Shown in pieces: positions 13,293 to 27,419 of a stretch of 64,000 nt of DNA. Every line of letters starts with the position of its first letter. Position 1 is the first letter of the stretch. A program made the position numbers and the translations under genes. Source of the stretch: Takakia lepidozioides (Eukaryota > Plantae > Bryophyta); NCBI GenBank assembly GCA_030704615.1, contig CM060731.1, positions 30,814,001 to 30,878,000 of the forward strand, in the 5' to 3' direction. Below the pieces are notes generated by a model. The model was not told the origin of the DNA, made no database searches, and worked only from the letters and a program-made list of their open reading frames with translations.

Positions 13293-16200
13293 GTGGATGA
13301 ACACTACGAAATGCATAAGAAGAAGATCACAACCCCCACCCAAGAGCTGAACACGAACAGGGAGCTGGTGCTGAGGGTTGATAACCAAGTCAATGGCTCT
13401 TCAAATGTGCCGCTGGACCCCACAATTACGTTCTTGCTGCCAGAGGAGACAGTTGAGTCTCCACCAGCGGTAAACAAGGATTCTCTTGCTTGCTCCCCCC
13501 TCATTTTCTTTACGCCTCATGTTTCTGATCATAAGAGGGTCTGGACTTTGTTGATGGATACTCACCCTTCTTCGCAGAAACTACTCCCAGGGTGGGGTAG
13601 TAGCGACCTCCCCTCCTCTCCCTCTCACCTCCTCTTTCTCTCTTCCACCCTGGCCTGCAATCTGCAAGCCCAAAATCTTACTCATTTCAGAGAACGGGGA
13701 AATCACTTTACCTTGCTAGGCACAAAATGCAAAAGAAAGAGATCTAGAACAGTGTTTACCTGTAAACTTCCTGAATTGTCTCCCCCACCAGAGGGCTTCA
13801 AGTGGGTTTCCACCCTGCCTCCAACAGATAGGCGGACAAGGTACTTCTTCAAACCAATTTGGCCATCAATTCGTGCTCACCCCAAGGCCTAACTCAAGCT
13901 CCGACATGAGCCTCTCCCTCTCCTCCTGGAATATGAGAGGTCTAGGCTCTCACCACTCTGCCCCAAAAAGGGCAAGGATCAGAACCTGGGCCTCCAGTTT
14001 TCTACATGCCTCCAACATTCTTTTCTTGCAAGAACATAAGCTAGATATTAATAAAATCATCTCCTTAGGGGGATCCTTTGGCCAACACCAAGTGCCTTCT
14101 GGAACCCCACTGTCATTAATTCGAGAGGGGGTACTGCAATCTTGGTGTCCTGCCCCCCCCCCCCTTGTTCAGTCTATCCTTTCAAATGAGGTTTGGGTCC
14201 AAGGTAGAGTCCAATTTCTGGTTTTGAACATGGGTCAATCTCTGGGCAATGTGGGACTGTTGAACATTTATTCCCCTAATGAGGAGGATGACAGAGTGCT
14301 TCTCTGGAATCAAATCAAGGACAAAATGCTTCAGCATCCGCAGATCCAACATTGGATTGTGGGGGGCGATTTTAATATGGTTGAGCATGAAGTAGATAGA
14401 CTTGGTCAGTCAGCTCACGGTCTCTCACCATCAGAAACAGATGCCTGGGACTCACTCTGTTTGACTGTTGGTTTGTTGGATGCAACCGCCCCAAGTAGAT
14501 TCGGCGAGCTTAAGTTTACCTGGTCCAATAACAGGATGCCACCAGATTTGTGCCAGGCCCGCCTGGACAGGTTTTACTGCACAACCTCCCTCATTGGCTG
14601 GTCCAAGAGGAATCATTCAAATTGAGCCTATTCAGCCAGGGTTTGATCACGCCGCAATTCAGTTGCTGCTCAATGCACCGGGCTCCAGGGTGCGGGGGAG
14701 GGGCTTCTTTAAATTGAACCCATCCATCCTCAAGGATCCACAGGTCATCCAAGATCTTCAAAATGCGTGGACCTCTGCAATGCCTCCCCACACTTCACCC
14801 ACTCTGTGCTTCCTGGCAAAACTCAGCATGCTCAGAAACACATGTCAGCAAATATCAAGGAAGAAGGCGGAAGAAAGCTCCCAGAGGCAGAAAGCACTGA
14901 TAAAGTGTTTGGAGGTTTGCCAGTTCCAGCTGCAATTAGGGCATGAAAGGCCTCAAACTCTGATATCTTACAAAACGGCGAAAAGAAATATCTCCCTGCT
15001 GCTGCACGCAAAAGAACGGTTTATGAGAATCAAGGCGGGGGTCAATTGGTCATTGAAAGGTGAAAAAATGACCATGTATTTCTTTGTCAAAGCAGCTCAA
15101 AGAAGAAACGCCACATTGGTACCTGCACTGAAAGATCCAACCTCAGGGCTGTTGGTTGACAACCCAAAATCCATGACGGGGGTTGCTGCAAATTATTTCC
15201 AGAAGCTGTTTTGTCAACAGCAGCCCTCACATGAAAAAGACCAAGCTAGAGCTACACTCATACAGCATATTCCATGTTTGGTATCACAAAGGGACAAAAC
15301 AGCGTTGGCTTCTCCATTTACAGAGCGGGAGCTGGGCTTGGCAGTGCAGTCAATGACGGACCGATGAAATCACCAGGGATAGACAGGCTCCCCATGATAG
15401 AATTGTTCAAGGCATTGTGGGGCACAATTGGTGACGAATTCCTCCTAATGGCCAATGACATCATGGGGAAAAAGTTGATGCCTTCCCAGATCTCAGAAGG
15501 TCTCATTACTGTCATCTTTAAGAAAGGAGAAAGGGATAACATGGCCAACTATCGACCAATCACTGATCTCCTAAACTCCACCTACAAGATCATAGCCAAG
15601 GCCCTGGCACTCAGGTTACAACCTCTGCTCCCCAACATTCTCAAGCAGGATCAAACATGATTCCTACAAGACAGGATGATCCTTGATAATATATTCCTTG
15701 CTCTTGAGGCCCTCCACAGAGCTGAGGTAAACAATCAACCACTAGCCTTCTTTATGTTAGACTTTGAAAAGGCATTTGATTCTATCGATTGGACATTCTT
15801 GCTTCAAGCTCTAGAAAAAACAGGGCTAGGTGGGCCTTTTCTCACTTGGTTGCATATCCTACTTCACTCAGCCTCAAGCAGAGTGATGATCAACGCGGTC
15901 ATCTCTGGTCCCTTTCCAATTTCAAGATCTGTGAGGCAAGGGTGCCCCTTGGCACCCTTCCTTTTCCTCATAGCTGCAGACTCGCTCGGACATCTTCTGG
16001 ACCACAGGCCAGACATTGTAGGGTTGCACCTTCCAACGTAACTTACCGCCCCGAAATGCTCAAGATATCCATGTACGCAGATGACACAACCATGTTGCGC
16101 CTTGACAACTCGTCGCAGGGTAACATTGACAGAGCATTACAGGCCCTTCACATTTTCTGCTTGGGAATGGGCTTGAAGGTCAACTCGAACAAGTCTGTGG

Positions 16201-17085
16201 GAATTTCGTCACTACTGCAGAATGGAGGTCTTGCCGCTCATTGGCAACCATGGGGTCAAGACATTGGATTGAGATGGCTCAGGGAGGGTGAAAGCCATAT
16301 TACGCTATTGGGCCACCAGATGGGGCTAAAACTCACGCTGCATACCATCATGAAATGGGTCATGCAAAAGCTCAAAGCAAAATTGGCATATTGGAGCTCT
16401 ACTATGCTATCCATCGTCGGAAAGGGCCTTGGTGGCAAATCAAGTGCTGCTATCAACATCCTGGTTCTATTCTGCAGTCTGGGATCCAGGACCCGCCCTT
16501 GTCAAGGAGATCAAAGCGCTCATACGTAACTTTATCTGGGGAGCCAGCTGTGCCAAAAGAAAAGCCAGGGGGGGTTGGGTATAATAGATCCCGGCTCACA
16601 TATTAAGGCCTTACTGGCAAAGTGGGTGCCAAGAGCAATCAAGCACTACAACAACCCATGGAGCAAGCTAGTTCAGCCATACCTGATGGGAGCTACACCC
16701 ACATCCTCCCCCCTTTGGGCTTACTCGCTGAGATGGATAGTTCAGGGCAGACACGCGAGTGTCAGGTTGGGCTCCATGGCACTCCCTCAGAGGTAATCTT
16801 TTTCAGAAAATGCCTACAATGCTGCGGGAATGCCTCCGACAACCACTATTTCTCAACTATAACATGGATTCGGATTCCTTGCTAAGGCAAACCCCCTCAT
16901 GAGCCTTCTAGGAGGGGCAGGGATTTACGCACATTGCAAGCACCAGATCTGAGGGCCATTTCCTTCGAGAGGAGGACATCATTGGAATAGTGGGGCGCAG
17001 AATGTCATCGGCCTGGAACACAATCATCTCACAGATCCCCCAGTACATGCTCCCACCACTGGATGAGACGTCTAGGGACAATTGC
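13293..17085 (+). mobile_element. Degenerate L1-clade LINE (APE + RT ORF2 from ~13906), truncated at the 3' side by an LTR element
   Basis: APE motifs SWNMRGLG, FLQEHK, WIVGGDFN, ARLDRFY, FDHAAI. RT motifs KSPGID, NYRPI, LDFEKAFDSIDW, RQGCPLAPFLF, YADD. Several frameshifts and stops. Confidence 0.9.
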
Positions 17086-18059
17086 ACTTGTCAAGTTATT
17101 TTACCACTAGTGTGAAACTAGCTAGGAAATAGCTAGCTTTTACATATTGACATTTGGGATTGGCCCAAGTGTCAATCTAGGGGTCAAGGCAGATTTAGGC
17201 CCTGGAGTGGTTATCTTCCTCGAGTTGAGCCTCACCGCGCCTAGCTATGGCGTCGTAGTGTGGATTCCCCATGGCGTGGGGTGCATTTGGCTTGACTTGT
17301 ATTTGAGTGATGAGGTTATATATGCATGAGTTTATGCTTCAACTTTGTGAGCTCGTACTTGTATTCTTCTTCTTTATCACTCGAGAAAGATCAGCTCGTA
17401 TCTGTGAGTGCCAGATACGAGTCAGTTGTAGCACTTGTGGTTTTTGCTTGAGGATGAGAGAAACCAGGTTGTTATGCAAGGAGTACTGTGGAGCCCTTGG
17501 TTGTTAAAAGCGGAGGCGATGTGGGTTACGAGGTGGTAGACCTTGGCATTCGATCTTCAGTTTCAGAGATGAAAGCACCATGCTGCAGGTAATTCCAGAG
17601 CACCTTGATGGTTTCAGATTGTGTACATGCATGAGCAAGCACGATTAGGAAGAGGACCAGTCAAGAGCAGGTTATAGTGGCTTTGGTGGCAAAGCTGAGA
17701 ACTGTGCTTGGGAATGCGAGCTTTCATTGTGTGAAGGATTGCAAGACCAAGCGAAAGGGCGGATTTGGCTTGGGGCAAATCAGTGCACTTTGTGGAGTAT
17801 GTTGAGATTGGGTTTCAATCTCAAGCTTCAGCATTGAGAGGGCTCTTGTCATGGCAAGAGCAGGGCTGGAACAGGAGCTAAGAGGTGCGGCAAGGCCACG
17901 GAATGTGCACCTAGGGTTTCAGAGCTTGGAAGAAGAGCTCTTGCACCACAAGAGGAGTGTCTTGTGGCTGGAAATGTAAGCCTTCGGGTTTCAGGAGCTT
18001 GGCAAAGGCTGTGGAGTGCTTAGTCTTGTCTTAGAGAGCATCAAGGAGCCAAGGAGCCA

Positions 18060-18520
18060 AGATAGGGGGCTGATACCTCTTGTGTGAAGAGGTTGCATGT
18101 GTGGAGCATGTATTCAGCTCATTAAAGCTTCCATCTTCAAGCTTGGAGGGCAAGCAAGGAAGAGGGAAGGGCTGACTTCCCTTATGTGAAGGCAATGCAT
18201 GTGTGGAGCATGCTTTCAGCCTGTTGAAGGCTTGTACTTTCAGGTTTGGGAGTGCAAGAAAGGAAGGAAGGGGCTGGTTTCCCTGTAGGGCATGTGTGGA
18301 GCATGCTTCCAGCCTGCTGAAGCTTGTATTTTCAGGTTGGTGGGTGCAAGAAAGGAAACAAAGGGGCTGATTCTCTTGTGGTGAGAGTGGGGCATGTGTG
18401 GAGCATGCTTTCAGTCCATTGGGCTTTTGTTTTCAAGCTTTAGAGAGCTAGAATGGAAGGGCTAGGGCTGGTTCCTACTTGGGTGAAAGAAAAGCACTTG
18501 TAGGGCATATGTGAGGTGGG
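18060..18520 (+). repeat. ~100-bp diverged tandem repeats inside the putative LTR
   Basis: GCATGTGTGGAGCATG core recurs at ~18096, 18197, 18290 and 18392. Confidence 0.7.
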
Positions 18521-18919
18521 GTTTCAACCTCAAGCCTAGATAGAGCATGGCTCTTGAAGTGGCAGGTGTAGGGGGCTGGAATAGGCTCTAAGATAGGTGT
18601 TATAGCCAAGGGAAACGCTTGAATGAGTGCTCACAAGGGCTGGAAACCAGCAAGGCTTGGTTGTTTGCCATTGAGTTTAGTGGCGTGTTTGGGGAGTCTA
18701 AGTGATAAAGAAGGCTTGGTTTGTGGCAACCATCTTTCTCATGGCTTAGGACTACTATTGGTGGTGTGTGGGAGCCGAAAGAGCAAGAATACCTTGCTGA
18801 TTTCTTCACAGCCGCCATAGCTCGGTGGAAAGAAGCCTAGAGTCCAAGAGACACAAACCCTAGCTTGGCGTGGCTAAACCCCTTGGAGAAATGGCTAAAA
18901 TGCCATGAGTGGCCATGGA

Positions 18920-19200
18920 TGGGGCTGTGACGGGCTGTGACAGGCTGTGGCCTGTGGGGCTGTGATCCTGTGACCTGTGTAGGGCTGTGACAGGTTGTGA
19001 CCTGTGGCCTTTGGGGCTGTGGGGCTGTGGCCTGTGTGGGGCTGTGACGGGCTGTGACCTGTGGCCTGTGGGGCTGTGATCATGTGACCTGTGTAGGGCT
19101 GTGACAGGCTGTGACAGGCTGTGACCTGTGGCCTTTGGGGCTGTGGCCTGTGTGGGGCTGTGACGGCTGTGACCAGTGATCTGTGTGGGCCTGTGCTGGT
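18920..19200 (+). repeat. GGGCTGTGAC/CTGTG minisatellite
   Basis: Dense reiteration of (G)GGCTGTG(AC/GC) units. Confidence 0.8.
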
Positions 19201-20115
19201 CTGTGGTGGCCCGTGTTGACCTGTGGACGGTTTGTGCTGACTCGTGGAGGCACTGATGGACTGCCTAAGGACTGGCATGTGGTCTTGAAGGCCGGATTTT
19301 GAAGCTCGTGGAGGGCGGTTTGAGGAGTATCTTCATGATATTCCCATGGTTTGCAAGTGAGGGAAGAGAAGAGAAGAAGAGTGTTGGGATGAGGGCATGC
19401 TGGGGTTAGGCATTGCTTTAGCTTCGCTTCCTCGTAGTTTTCTACCCTCTCATTAGGCCAAGACCTTTCCGTAGGTGGAGGCAAGAGTCAGTCCGGGTTT
19501 AGGCTGGGGTGTCCTTGCAGAAGCAACACCATGGAGTTGTTTTTGGTGTGGGGGAGTTGTCGTTCTGATTTCTTGTGTTTGGATCCCCTCCATACCTGCA
19601 TGCTTGACTGTGCGTCATGTTAGTTTTGTGTGGGTGCTTGTTTTTATAGGTGATTGGTCCGGATTTGTTCACCGGCCAGTCCTAGAGCATGTTGTCGATG
19701 GTGAGGCTGGGGTGATGACCAGTCGGACCATCATTGTTTCTCCTGTGGCGACGTTGGAGGTGATGACCAACCAACCATAGGAGTGCTTGCGGTGGATGCA
19801 GGTGCAGGTGTAGGCTATGCTAGGAACCTAGTATTCCAAACCATAAGCCGCAACAGGTTCTCTACCCGGTTACATTGTGGAGAGGGGGTTAGGGACATGT
19901 TCATGACCGGTTGAGTGACAGTTTGTCAACACGGAGGTGCCACTAGTTGTTGGGGACAGTGCCGGTTCGAGCACTAGCGATACTAGTGGGTACACGAGAC
20001 GAGGTGTGCGGTTTAGACCACCTTCACCTCCTGTGTCTTCTACGGAAGGTTCTGATTCGGATTGTGAATCAGGAGGACTCACACCGGCGGTGCAAGTTGT
20101 TTCCTTGTCATTGTT

Positions 20116-21465
20116 GTGGGACACAATGGAGAGATGTATGGAGCTACCAAGGGGCCACGAAGGTACTCTGGGGTGGTGGGCAACATCGAGTTGGATGATT
20201 TTATCCAAGAGTTTGATAGTTGGTGTGATTTGCAGCAAATGCACAATCCACAACTATTTACGCCTTTCATGGCATGGAAGGGGCTATTTCAGCACCTTGA
20301 GGGGCCGCCTATGGATGATTACCATGAGTTCAGGCGGGGGCATGAGGTTGAGATCGAGGTGTGGAGGATGTACTGGTCACCCGACTATGTCTCCATCACT
20401 AGGGGCACTAGAGCCACGAGGGCAGTGGCTACACCTGCCGCTGCACCGGCAGCTTCAGCAAGCAACAATGGGACTAGTGGGACTGGTGGTACCGTAGCTA
20501 CAACGTCCACCCAAGCCACTACCGCACCAGCACCAGTACCCGTGCCTGCCTTCAACCCTGTTGTGGAATTCTTCGAAGAGTTGAGAGGGAACTTCCAAGG
20601 GGTGAGGACAGAGAAGTTGCGGAGCTTGAAAGAGTTCCAACGGAAGCCTACTGAGAGCTTGAGGGAGGCTTTCACTCGCATGAGGCGCTTGATAAATGTA
20701 ACCCAAGGGGTTACGGAGGCTTAGGCAGTCCAATTCCAGTATGGGATATTGGACAAGGAGCTGAGGAGAAGGGTGCAAGATGCAACTCTCCTACAAGCGG
20801 CCCAACCCACCTTAGCAAATGAATTTTTTGCTGGCAGAGCGGATAGAGCTCAACATGGTGGAGGAACGAGTGGTCATGGTGGGATTTGCTAAGGAGGCAC
20901 CACGGGGTAGTGGTGCTCCTAGCCAACCACTACCTCAACATGCTCAAGGCAACAAAGGGGCTCAAGTGAAGCTCAGGGAAGGACAGAGAGGACCTCACAT
21001 GCAGGGGTCTCTCCCTTCATTTGCAAGCCAACAACGGGTGGAGGTGGTGTGTTGGACATGTGGAGGACCCCATGTCAAGAAGGATTTCCCAGAGGGAGGC
21101 AAAGGGCCGGCACATGCATAGCCTGCACAGTTGCAGTGTGGGCATTGTGGCAAGCACGGGCATGGAGAGGCCCAGTGTTATGGTTTGCATCCTGAGTTGT
21201 GCCCAGGCCAGTTCCAAGGGAACAATGGTGGCCGGGGGTGAGGTGGAGCAACCCAGACAGGACGAGGTGGCCAGGCACGGGGTGCAGACCAAGGGCAAGC
21301 TCAACATGGCCAAGGACGCGGAGGTCAGGGTGTTGACCAAGGCATGGCCAACCGGCTTCAGCAGCTAGAGCAGAGGCTCGCTGCATGGCTACAGCTCAGG
21401 TGGTACCGGCTCCAAGGCCGGATGGTCCACCTCCTGCTCCTGAGGGAGGAGATATGGGAGGCATG
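20116..21465 (+). pseudogene. Retrotransposon gag (broken), with degenerate zinc knuckles
   Basis: ELDDFIQEFDSWCD...WKGLFQHLEG...FQRKPTESLREAFTRMRRLI and CWTCGGPHVKKD; stops and frameshifts. Confidence 0.7.
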
Positions 21466-22168
21466 CACTACAGCAAATGGGGGGGGGGGGGGGTTTGCGA
21501 CACCAGCCGCGCCCCCACGCCCCGCGCGGCGCCAACCCCGCGGAGCATGTTTGCGACGTCGGGCCGTCGCAGCCAAACCCCGCGCGAGTGAAACGTGGCG
21601 CCGGGGCCAGGCGGCAACGCCTGGCCGTCGCACGGAGTGATGAAGGGAAAATGGAAGCCCTTTTGTGCAACGCCCACGCGTCGCCCCCAGCGAAGGGCAG
21701 AAGACAGCCCTTTTTGCCGACGACCGGTCGTCGCACTCCGGGAAAAAAAAACCATTTCTTGCCTTCTCTTTCATTGCAGCCCGTTCTTGCGACACCCGGC
21801 CGTCGCATGGTGGCATGAAGGGCAAAAGGCCCCTGCGACGGCCGGGCGTCGCAAACTGCCCGGCTGGCCTATTCTTATAAAACAAAAAAAACATGTCACA
21901 GTTTGCGACGGCCGGCCGTCGCCGTTTGCGACCCCCGGCCTCATAAATCCATTCAAAAAACCGGTCGAAGTTGATGACGGTTGGCCATCGCCGTTTGCAA
22001 CCCCCGGCCTTATAAATCTAAGAAAACGCGTCGCAGGCGGCGACGGCAGGGCTTTCTAGGTTTAGGGTTAGGGCCTTTGGGGGTTCTTAGTTTTTTTTTT
22101 TTTTTCATATGGTACTAGGGTAGGGTGTTTGTTTTTCTTTATGGTTTAGCTTGTTGTTGTGGACCTTC

Positions 22169-25100
22169 TTATAGATTGTGACATTCATTTTGATAATTCT
22201 CTTGATACCACATCTGTATGTGTTGCTCCAACATATTCATTTCCTCTACCTTCTTTCTTGAAAAACTACCAGCCACTTCTAGAGCTTCATCATATAGGGT
22301 CCATGATGCATTGTCCAGGGCGTCATCATCCTCTTCTACCCCCTCTACCCAACCTCCATCATCAGCATCATTATGACCAGTCTTTCCGTCCACCGCAATT
22401 GCCTCACCCCATGGAGATCCGAGACCATGATAGATACGTCTTCCTCTTGGCTGAGCATGCACAACCACCTTCCAATTCCCCCCTCTTGTTTTGTCATCAG
22501 AGAAGAAAATTTGCTTCATGTCTGAAGGCCGTGAAAAAGGCTCATCGGAGGGACGATGAGTAGGGTTGAGCCTATCTGCGCATGAAACCACAATCATCTT
22601 GCACTAGTGTTGCAGAGGGCCCCACAAGATGTGGCTGGAACCACTTTCCCTTGAAGAGAAGAGGCCGGTACCTTATATACTGAAGTTGGAGTATGCTCTC
22701 AAGCTCTCCAATGTACTCAAGTTTGCTCATAGCAGGTCGTGTATCTCCCTTGCCCCACACGGAGTCTTGCCAATATGTGGCACACAAGCCAGAATCAAAG
22801 GTTGTTTTGCGCTTCATGTCAAGAGCACGCATGCGGAAATGACGACCGTGAACCCAAACCGCCGTGTATGAGGTCGCGAATTGAGAAGGGCCCCTTGCAA
22901 TGTCTTGCACCAATCTAAAACCACCTCTCCTTGAGCAACGGCGTCATAAAAGAAGGAGTCCAAAGCCACTTGGGAATGAATTAGAGGCTGCAATTCCATG
23001 GCACAAATTTTGTGAAGGAACATTCCGGCGGCTTGCTCCTCGTCGTGGGCATATAGTAACCGGCCTTGGATGGTTCCGCCTCCATGCAAGCGACTCCTCC
23101 TCTCGTTGCTGAACAAGATTAGATGTATTTGCCTCCCACTCATGTATGGATGGGGTGTTCTTCAGTAGAAGTCATCGCTTGCTCAATCACAAAGGTCGGC
23201 AATTTACCCTCTTCGATTTTTTGGGCCAAAACGATGTCATTGGTTCGTGCATCCTCCTCTTCCTTCACATCCGAGGGGATTCCTCATCCACCCTTGCCAC
23301 ATCCACCGAGAATGAACGGGGCGGCAATCGAAGCCTCTTCCACTAAGTGCACTACCAAGTGCACTTGGAGGTCAAAGAAGGAGGGAGGAAGGTGCATCTC
23401 AAAATACACATTACCTCCGCCGCCTCCTTCTTCATGCGTGGAAAATCTGCTTCTTCCAACTCTTTGGAGTAAATCCACCAGAACAAGCCTCTCAATCTAT
23501 AGATTGTCTCACGAACCTCGGGAGTCAATGTCCCACGTACTGCAATGGGCAAGATGTCTTGCAATAGATTGTGGTAGTCATGAGACTTCAAACCATGGAC
23601 CCCGTCTTCTTCGTGAACTTCGTACGGAGGGATGACCCGTAACCAGTTGGTGTTCGGACAAGCCATTATCTGGGGTTATCACTTTCTTGTATTCCTCCTT
23701 TGTCCATTGCCAAGGTGCGCGCCTATACTTCCACCGGTACAACACCCTTTGGGTCCACACCAGTTTTGTTCGGCCCATAGATGGCGCATGCGACCCTGCT
23801 CCTCGAGCTCCTTTCTAACACCGAGAGAATCTCTTTTTGCCGGCGTGCCATAAAGAACCCGAAAAAGGGACGAGCAGACATTCTTCTCAATATGCATGGG
23901 ATCTAGAAGATGGCGAATCTTCAGGTCCTACATATATCCCCACCCACAAAGACTTACAAAAAAAATTTTACGTGAAAGTGACAATGCAACGCATACCAAA
24001 TGTGCCAATATCACATGCATGCATAGGGATATTGACGGTGTTTTTTGGAATATGTACCGCCCCAATATGGTAACTCGTAGAAGATTGAAAGTCGTTTCAT
24101 GCCGGGCACGTCCACTTCACCGTCCGTGCCCGCATGGGCCTCCTTCCATCGGTCCTCCCAAAACTGCCCGGAGGGTGTCATAGGGGAGGGATGTACTTCC
24201 TCCTTGCCATCAAACAAGTGTTTCTCTCTTCTTCTCCGTCGATGGCTCATAGGAAGAAATTTGCGAGTTGGGATACACCATCTTGTGAAGATGGCGGGAG
24301 CTATGTGCATCAAGATCATCGACACAATGCAAGATGCATGGTACCCTTTGTGCTTAGCCCCGAGCAAACAGTTAGTCCTGTACTACACATCCCGCCACAT
24401 TAGCAAAAACAAAAAGTTGTCATGTGCATGGCCTATAATGCCATCTACCCCACTACGGTGCACAAGATTGTCGCCACTACTTCAATCAATCCCAATTCTC
24501 ATCGTCATCCGACATTGACAAGTGAATATACGCGGGTTGTTCATGGGGAACATAATATACCTGGATAATCATGCATTGTCCAAAGCAAGATGCCTCTCAT
24601 CTGAAAAGATTGTCCGGCCGGCCTTAGGGTCAAGTGAAGCATCCAATGCCGGGACCCCCTCCATAGCTCTTTAAGTTCATCAACAAGAGGTCGCAAATAC
24701 GTGTCCATGTTTGCCACTTGTTTTTTCCCTTTGAGACATTCACATCATTGTTTCAATGCTCCACCAAAGCAGATTATACTACAAAATGAATTACACGTCT
24801 TACTCCATGATTATGTCACTCATCAATCTTGCATCCGAATTGCGTCAAAGATCATAATTATAGCGGTCGCTTTGTTTTTCGAAAATTAAAAAAGAAAAAA
24901 GAAAATAGCGACCGCCGTATTGGCGGTCCCTTCAAAAAAAAATTTAAAGATTGGCGGTCGCCTAATTTAAAAAAGGAAACAAGTGACTGCCGTATTGGCG
25001 GTCGCACGGTGCAAATACATTTTTGAAAATTAACAAAATGAACGCGACCGCCAATTATGCGGTCGCTTTGTTTTTCGAAATTAAAAAAGAAATAGTGACC

Positions 25101-25500
25101 GCCGTATTGGCAGTCGCTTCAATTTTTTTTTTAAAGCAAGATTGGCGGTCGCACTGGTGGTTCGCTTATTTTTCGAAATAGAAAAAGAAATAGCGGCGGT
25201 CGCTTCAAAAAAAAAAAATGTAAAGTCGAAGGCAATAATAAACATGAAATGAGTACACTCACCTGGCACAATGGTAGCCAACATGATATGGCCTTTTTTA
25301 ATTGAAAGATACGGAGGGATGTTGTAATTCACCATGGAACGGCCAAGTGGAATGATACATGACTGGACAGAGAATGGGGTTGACCCCATCCGAGGAGAAG
25401 CCGAGGTGGACATGTCGTGGGTCCTCCAAGAGAAAAGGCCACATCTCTTCAATATGCCTCCATGCTTTTGAATCTTGTGGCCCACACACCTTTGAGGTTA
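22169..25500 (-). pseudogene. CACTA TnpD transposase (Transposase_21/DUF4218/DUF4216 regions), frameshifted
   Basis: DSKAWRHI, LGFSSDGVNP, YNIPPY, MHIEKNV, GLKSHDYH, LPPSFFDLQVHLVVHLVEE, YIGELESILQLQY..LLFKGKWF. Confidence 0.88.
24860..25205. repeat. Array of short palindromes (GACCGCCGTATTGGCGGTC) in a transposase intron
   Basis: Near-identical hairpin units at ~24909, 24985, 25046, 25097 and half-sites, separated by A/T tracts. Confidence 0.7.
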
Positions 25501-25845
25501 GCTATTTCATGAGCATGAGCGAGCCATGATTCGGAGTAGTCATAGGAGTAGTAAGACAATCGGTTTTCATGAGCAGAAGTAACATTTCGAAATAAAAAAA
25601 ACAATAAAAAACATTAATTTAATGCAATGTGTCAGGAAAAACAATATATTATTCGGCCCCTTGAAGGGAGAAAATGTAGTTTTGACAGTTGGGCTCATGA
25701 TATTTCGTCTTCCGCTCATGCCAATTCCCAGCGACATGTGCAAATATGTGCCGAATTTCCGGTGTAATAGGGTCTGTAACCTGAAAAAAACGGCGACGTA
25801 TTTCGCGGTAATAGGTGCTTGTAACCTCAACATGTGCGTGTGCAG

Positions 25846-27256
25846 GAAATGTGTCTCGACTCCGACACCGACATGCCCACGACAAACATGGCCGAATCAA
25901 TGCACTCTTCCTGGCGTGCCTCCTCTGCGGCGCATCTGGTGGACATCCTCACTGCCACAGACGGAGGACATTGTGAGGTCAATTATGCAGCAAAGCAGGT
26001 ACAACGAGTTCTTGAAAGGGAAACAGTGGGGCTTGGGGCCGGACAGGCCGGAAATGCTGATGCGGACTGCCTCTAGATCGAAGAATCCTCGGAAGTGGGG
26101 GGCGGGCGGCCTTGCGAGAGGGCCCTTCGGGACACGCCATTGGCTGCGAAGAGGCCAACATTTGGAAGGAGATGTTCATACCCGTCTAGAGAGACGAAGA
26201 CTTGACGAGGCACCTGGCAGAGAAGAGGATTTATGGCGAGTTGACAAGAATAGTCGCACGCTCCCTCCTGGTTCGGTGATGTTGAGCGAGGAGGTCTCGT
26301 CGAGCACCGCAAGTCCTGCACGTTCAAGATCGTCATCTCCTTTGAGCACAGGGCGCGTGCCCCGGCAACATAACGAGCCATATGTAGTAAAGCAGTACAA
26401 CATTCCATTGGGAGACAAGAGTGTCGGGTCACAGTGGAGAATTGCGAGGACATTGCCGGCAATTTCGAGGGAAGTGCTGCGGCGCACATCCGGGTGGATA
26501 CGAGAGCACGCTGTGGTGAGGAGATGATTCGGAGGAACCACACACGGTGCTGTACCTGCACCCATGTTTCAGCAGCAGATTTTTGAGCTCCCGCATTTGC
26601 TCACGCCAAAACGCAGACATTTTGGTTCTGTAGGCACGAATAATGACCTGTGTATTGGCAAGCCAAGTACGGGATTCAGGGAATGGCGAAGCCTCCGGGC
26701 GTCTGGCCTGTGCACCGGGTTGCAGCCTCTCTCGAATGAGGCGGATGCTCTATCTGCAATAGGATTTCGAATGGTGCAAACGCCACAGACATCCCGGCCA
26801 CGCATTTCCGGTTCCTCAGACCCAGCCATTGCAGACTGCTCGGTCCAGTAGAGACGGATTGGACAATTCTGCACATCCCACAATGCGATTCGGAAGAGTG
26901 AAGAGATGACACCCTCCCAACAAGTGAATGAGACTCGGATTGCCAATGCTCTGGGATGGCTTGCACTATTCAGAGCTCGTGGACGTACCCCCACCCGGCC
27001 TGGGCGTGTATATCGGATGGCAACGGCCGGCTCGGCTGTACGCGCGATGTATACACAATTACGAGACGATGGAGTGGAGCCGACTTGCAATTTGTACGGA
27101 CTTCTCGTTGATGGAAGCAAAGAAGGGTTCGAAGTATATCCGTGCAAGCATCTGTATTACATTTACCTGAAGAAGGTTGAGGATGAACGTGACTATCATG
27201 ACTTTATTCATGCACCGGCGTTGAGCCGTGAACGAACTGCACAAACTCCTCCTTAG
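25846..27256 (+). pseudogene. C-terminal half of a Mutator-like (DDE-SWIM) transposase
   Basis: Follows a TGCAG acceptor. PTTNMAESMHSSW (catalytic E region), EDIVRSIMQ..YNEFLKG..G.GP, LEG..RRRLDEAPG, WRIAR, and a SWIM-like PTC...PCKHLYYI..FIHAP. Confidence 0.7.
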
Positions 27257-27419
27257 GGATTCCAGAAATCATTGATGGGGCAAAGGGAATCCTCCATATG
27301 GATATTTTCAATTGCATTTTGCTTGTATCAGACTTTTTTTTGCAGTGTAATGAAATGCCCCAAAACTCCTGGAATGAGGCAATATTCCATTAAACTGAGA
27401 TCCAACAGAAGCAGTTGTG

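Larger units (their letters stand above)
17089..21465 (+). mobile_element. Truncated Ty3/Gypsy element: long 5' LTR (~17089-19874, ends approximate) plus gag, interrupted by a CACTA at 21466
   Basis: Abrupt switch from LINE sequence at TGTCAAG. GGTTACA at ~19868-19874 is followed by a PBS-like TTGTGGAGAGGGGG, then gag-like ORFs. Confidence 0.6.
21466..25560 (-). mobile_element. CACTA (EnSpm) element: terminus, subterminal repeats and TnpD transposase; other end not found
   Basis: CACTACAGCAAATG at 21466, followed by many TGCGACG/CGTCGCA subterminal repeats (21490-22050) and a minus-strand transposase. Confidence 0.85.

Noticed and set aside
18895-19484. Pro/Thr/His-rich repetitive ORFs
   Set aside because: Translation of the minisatellite within the LTR.
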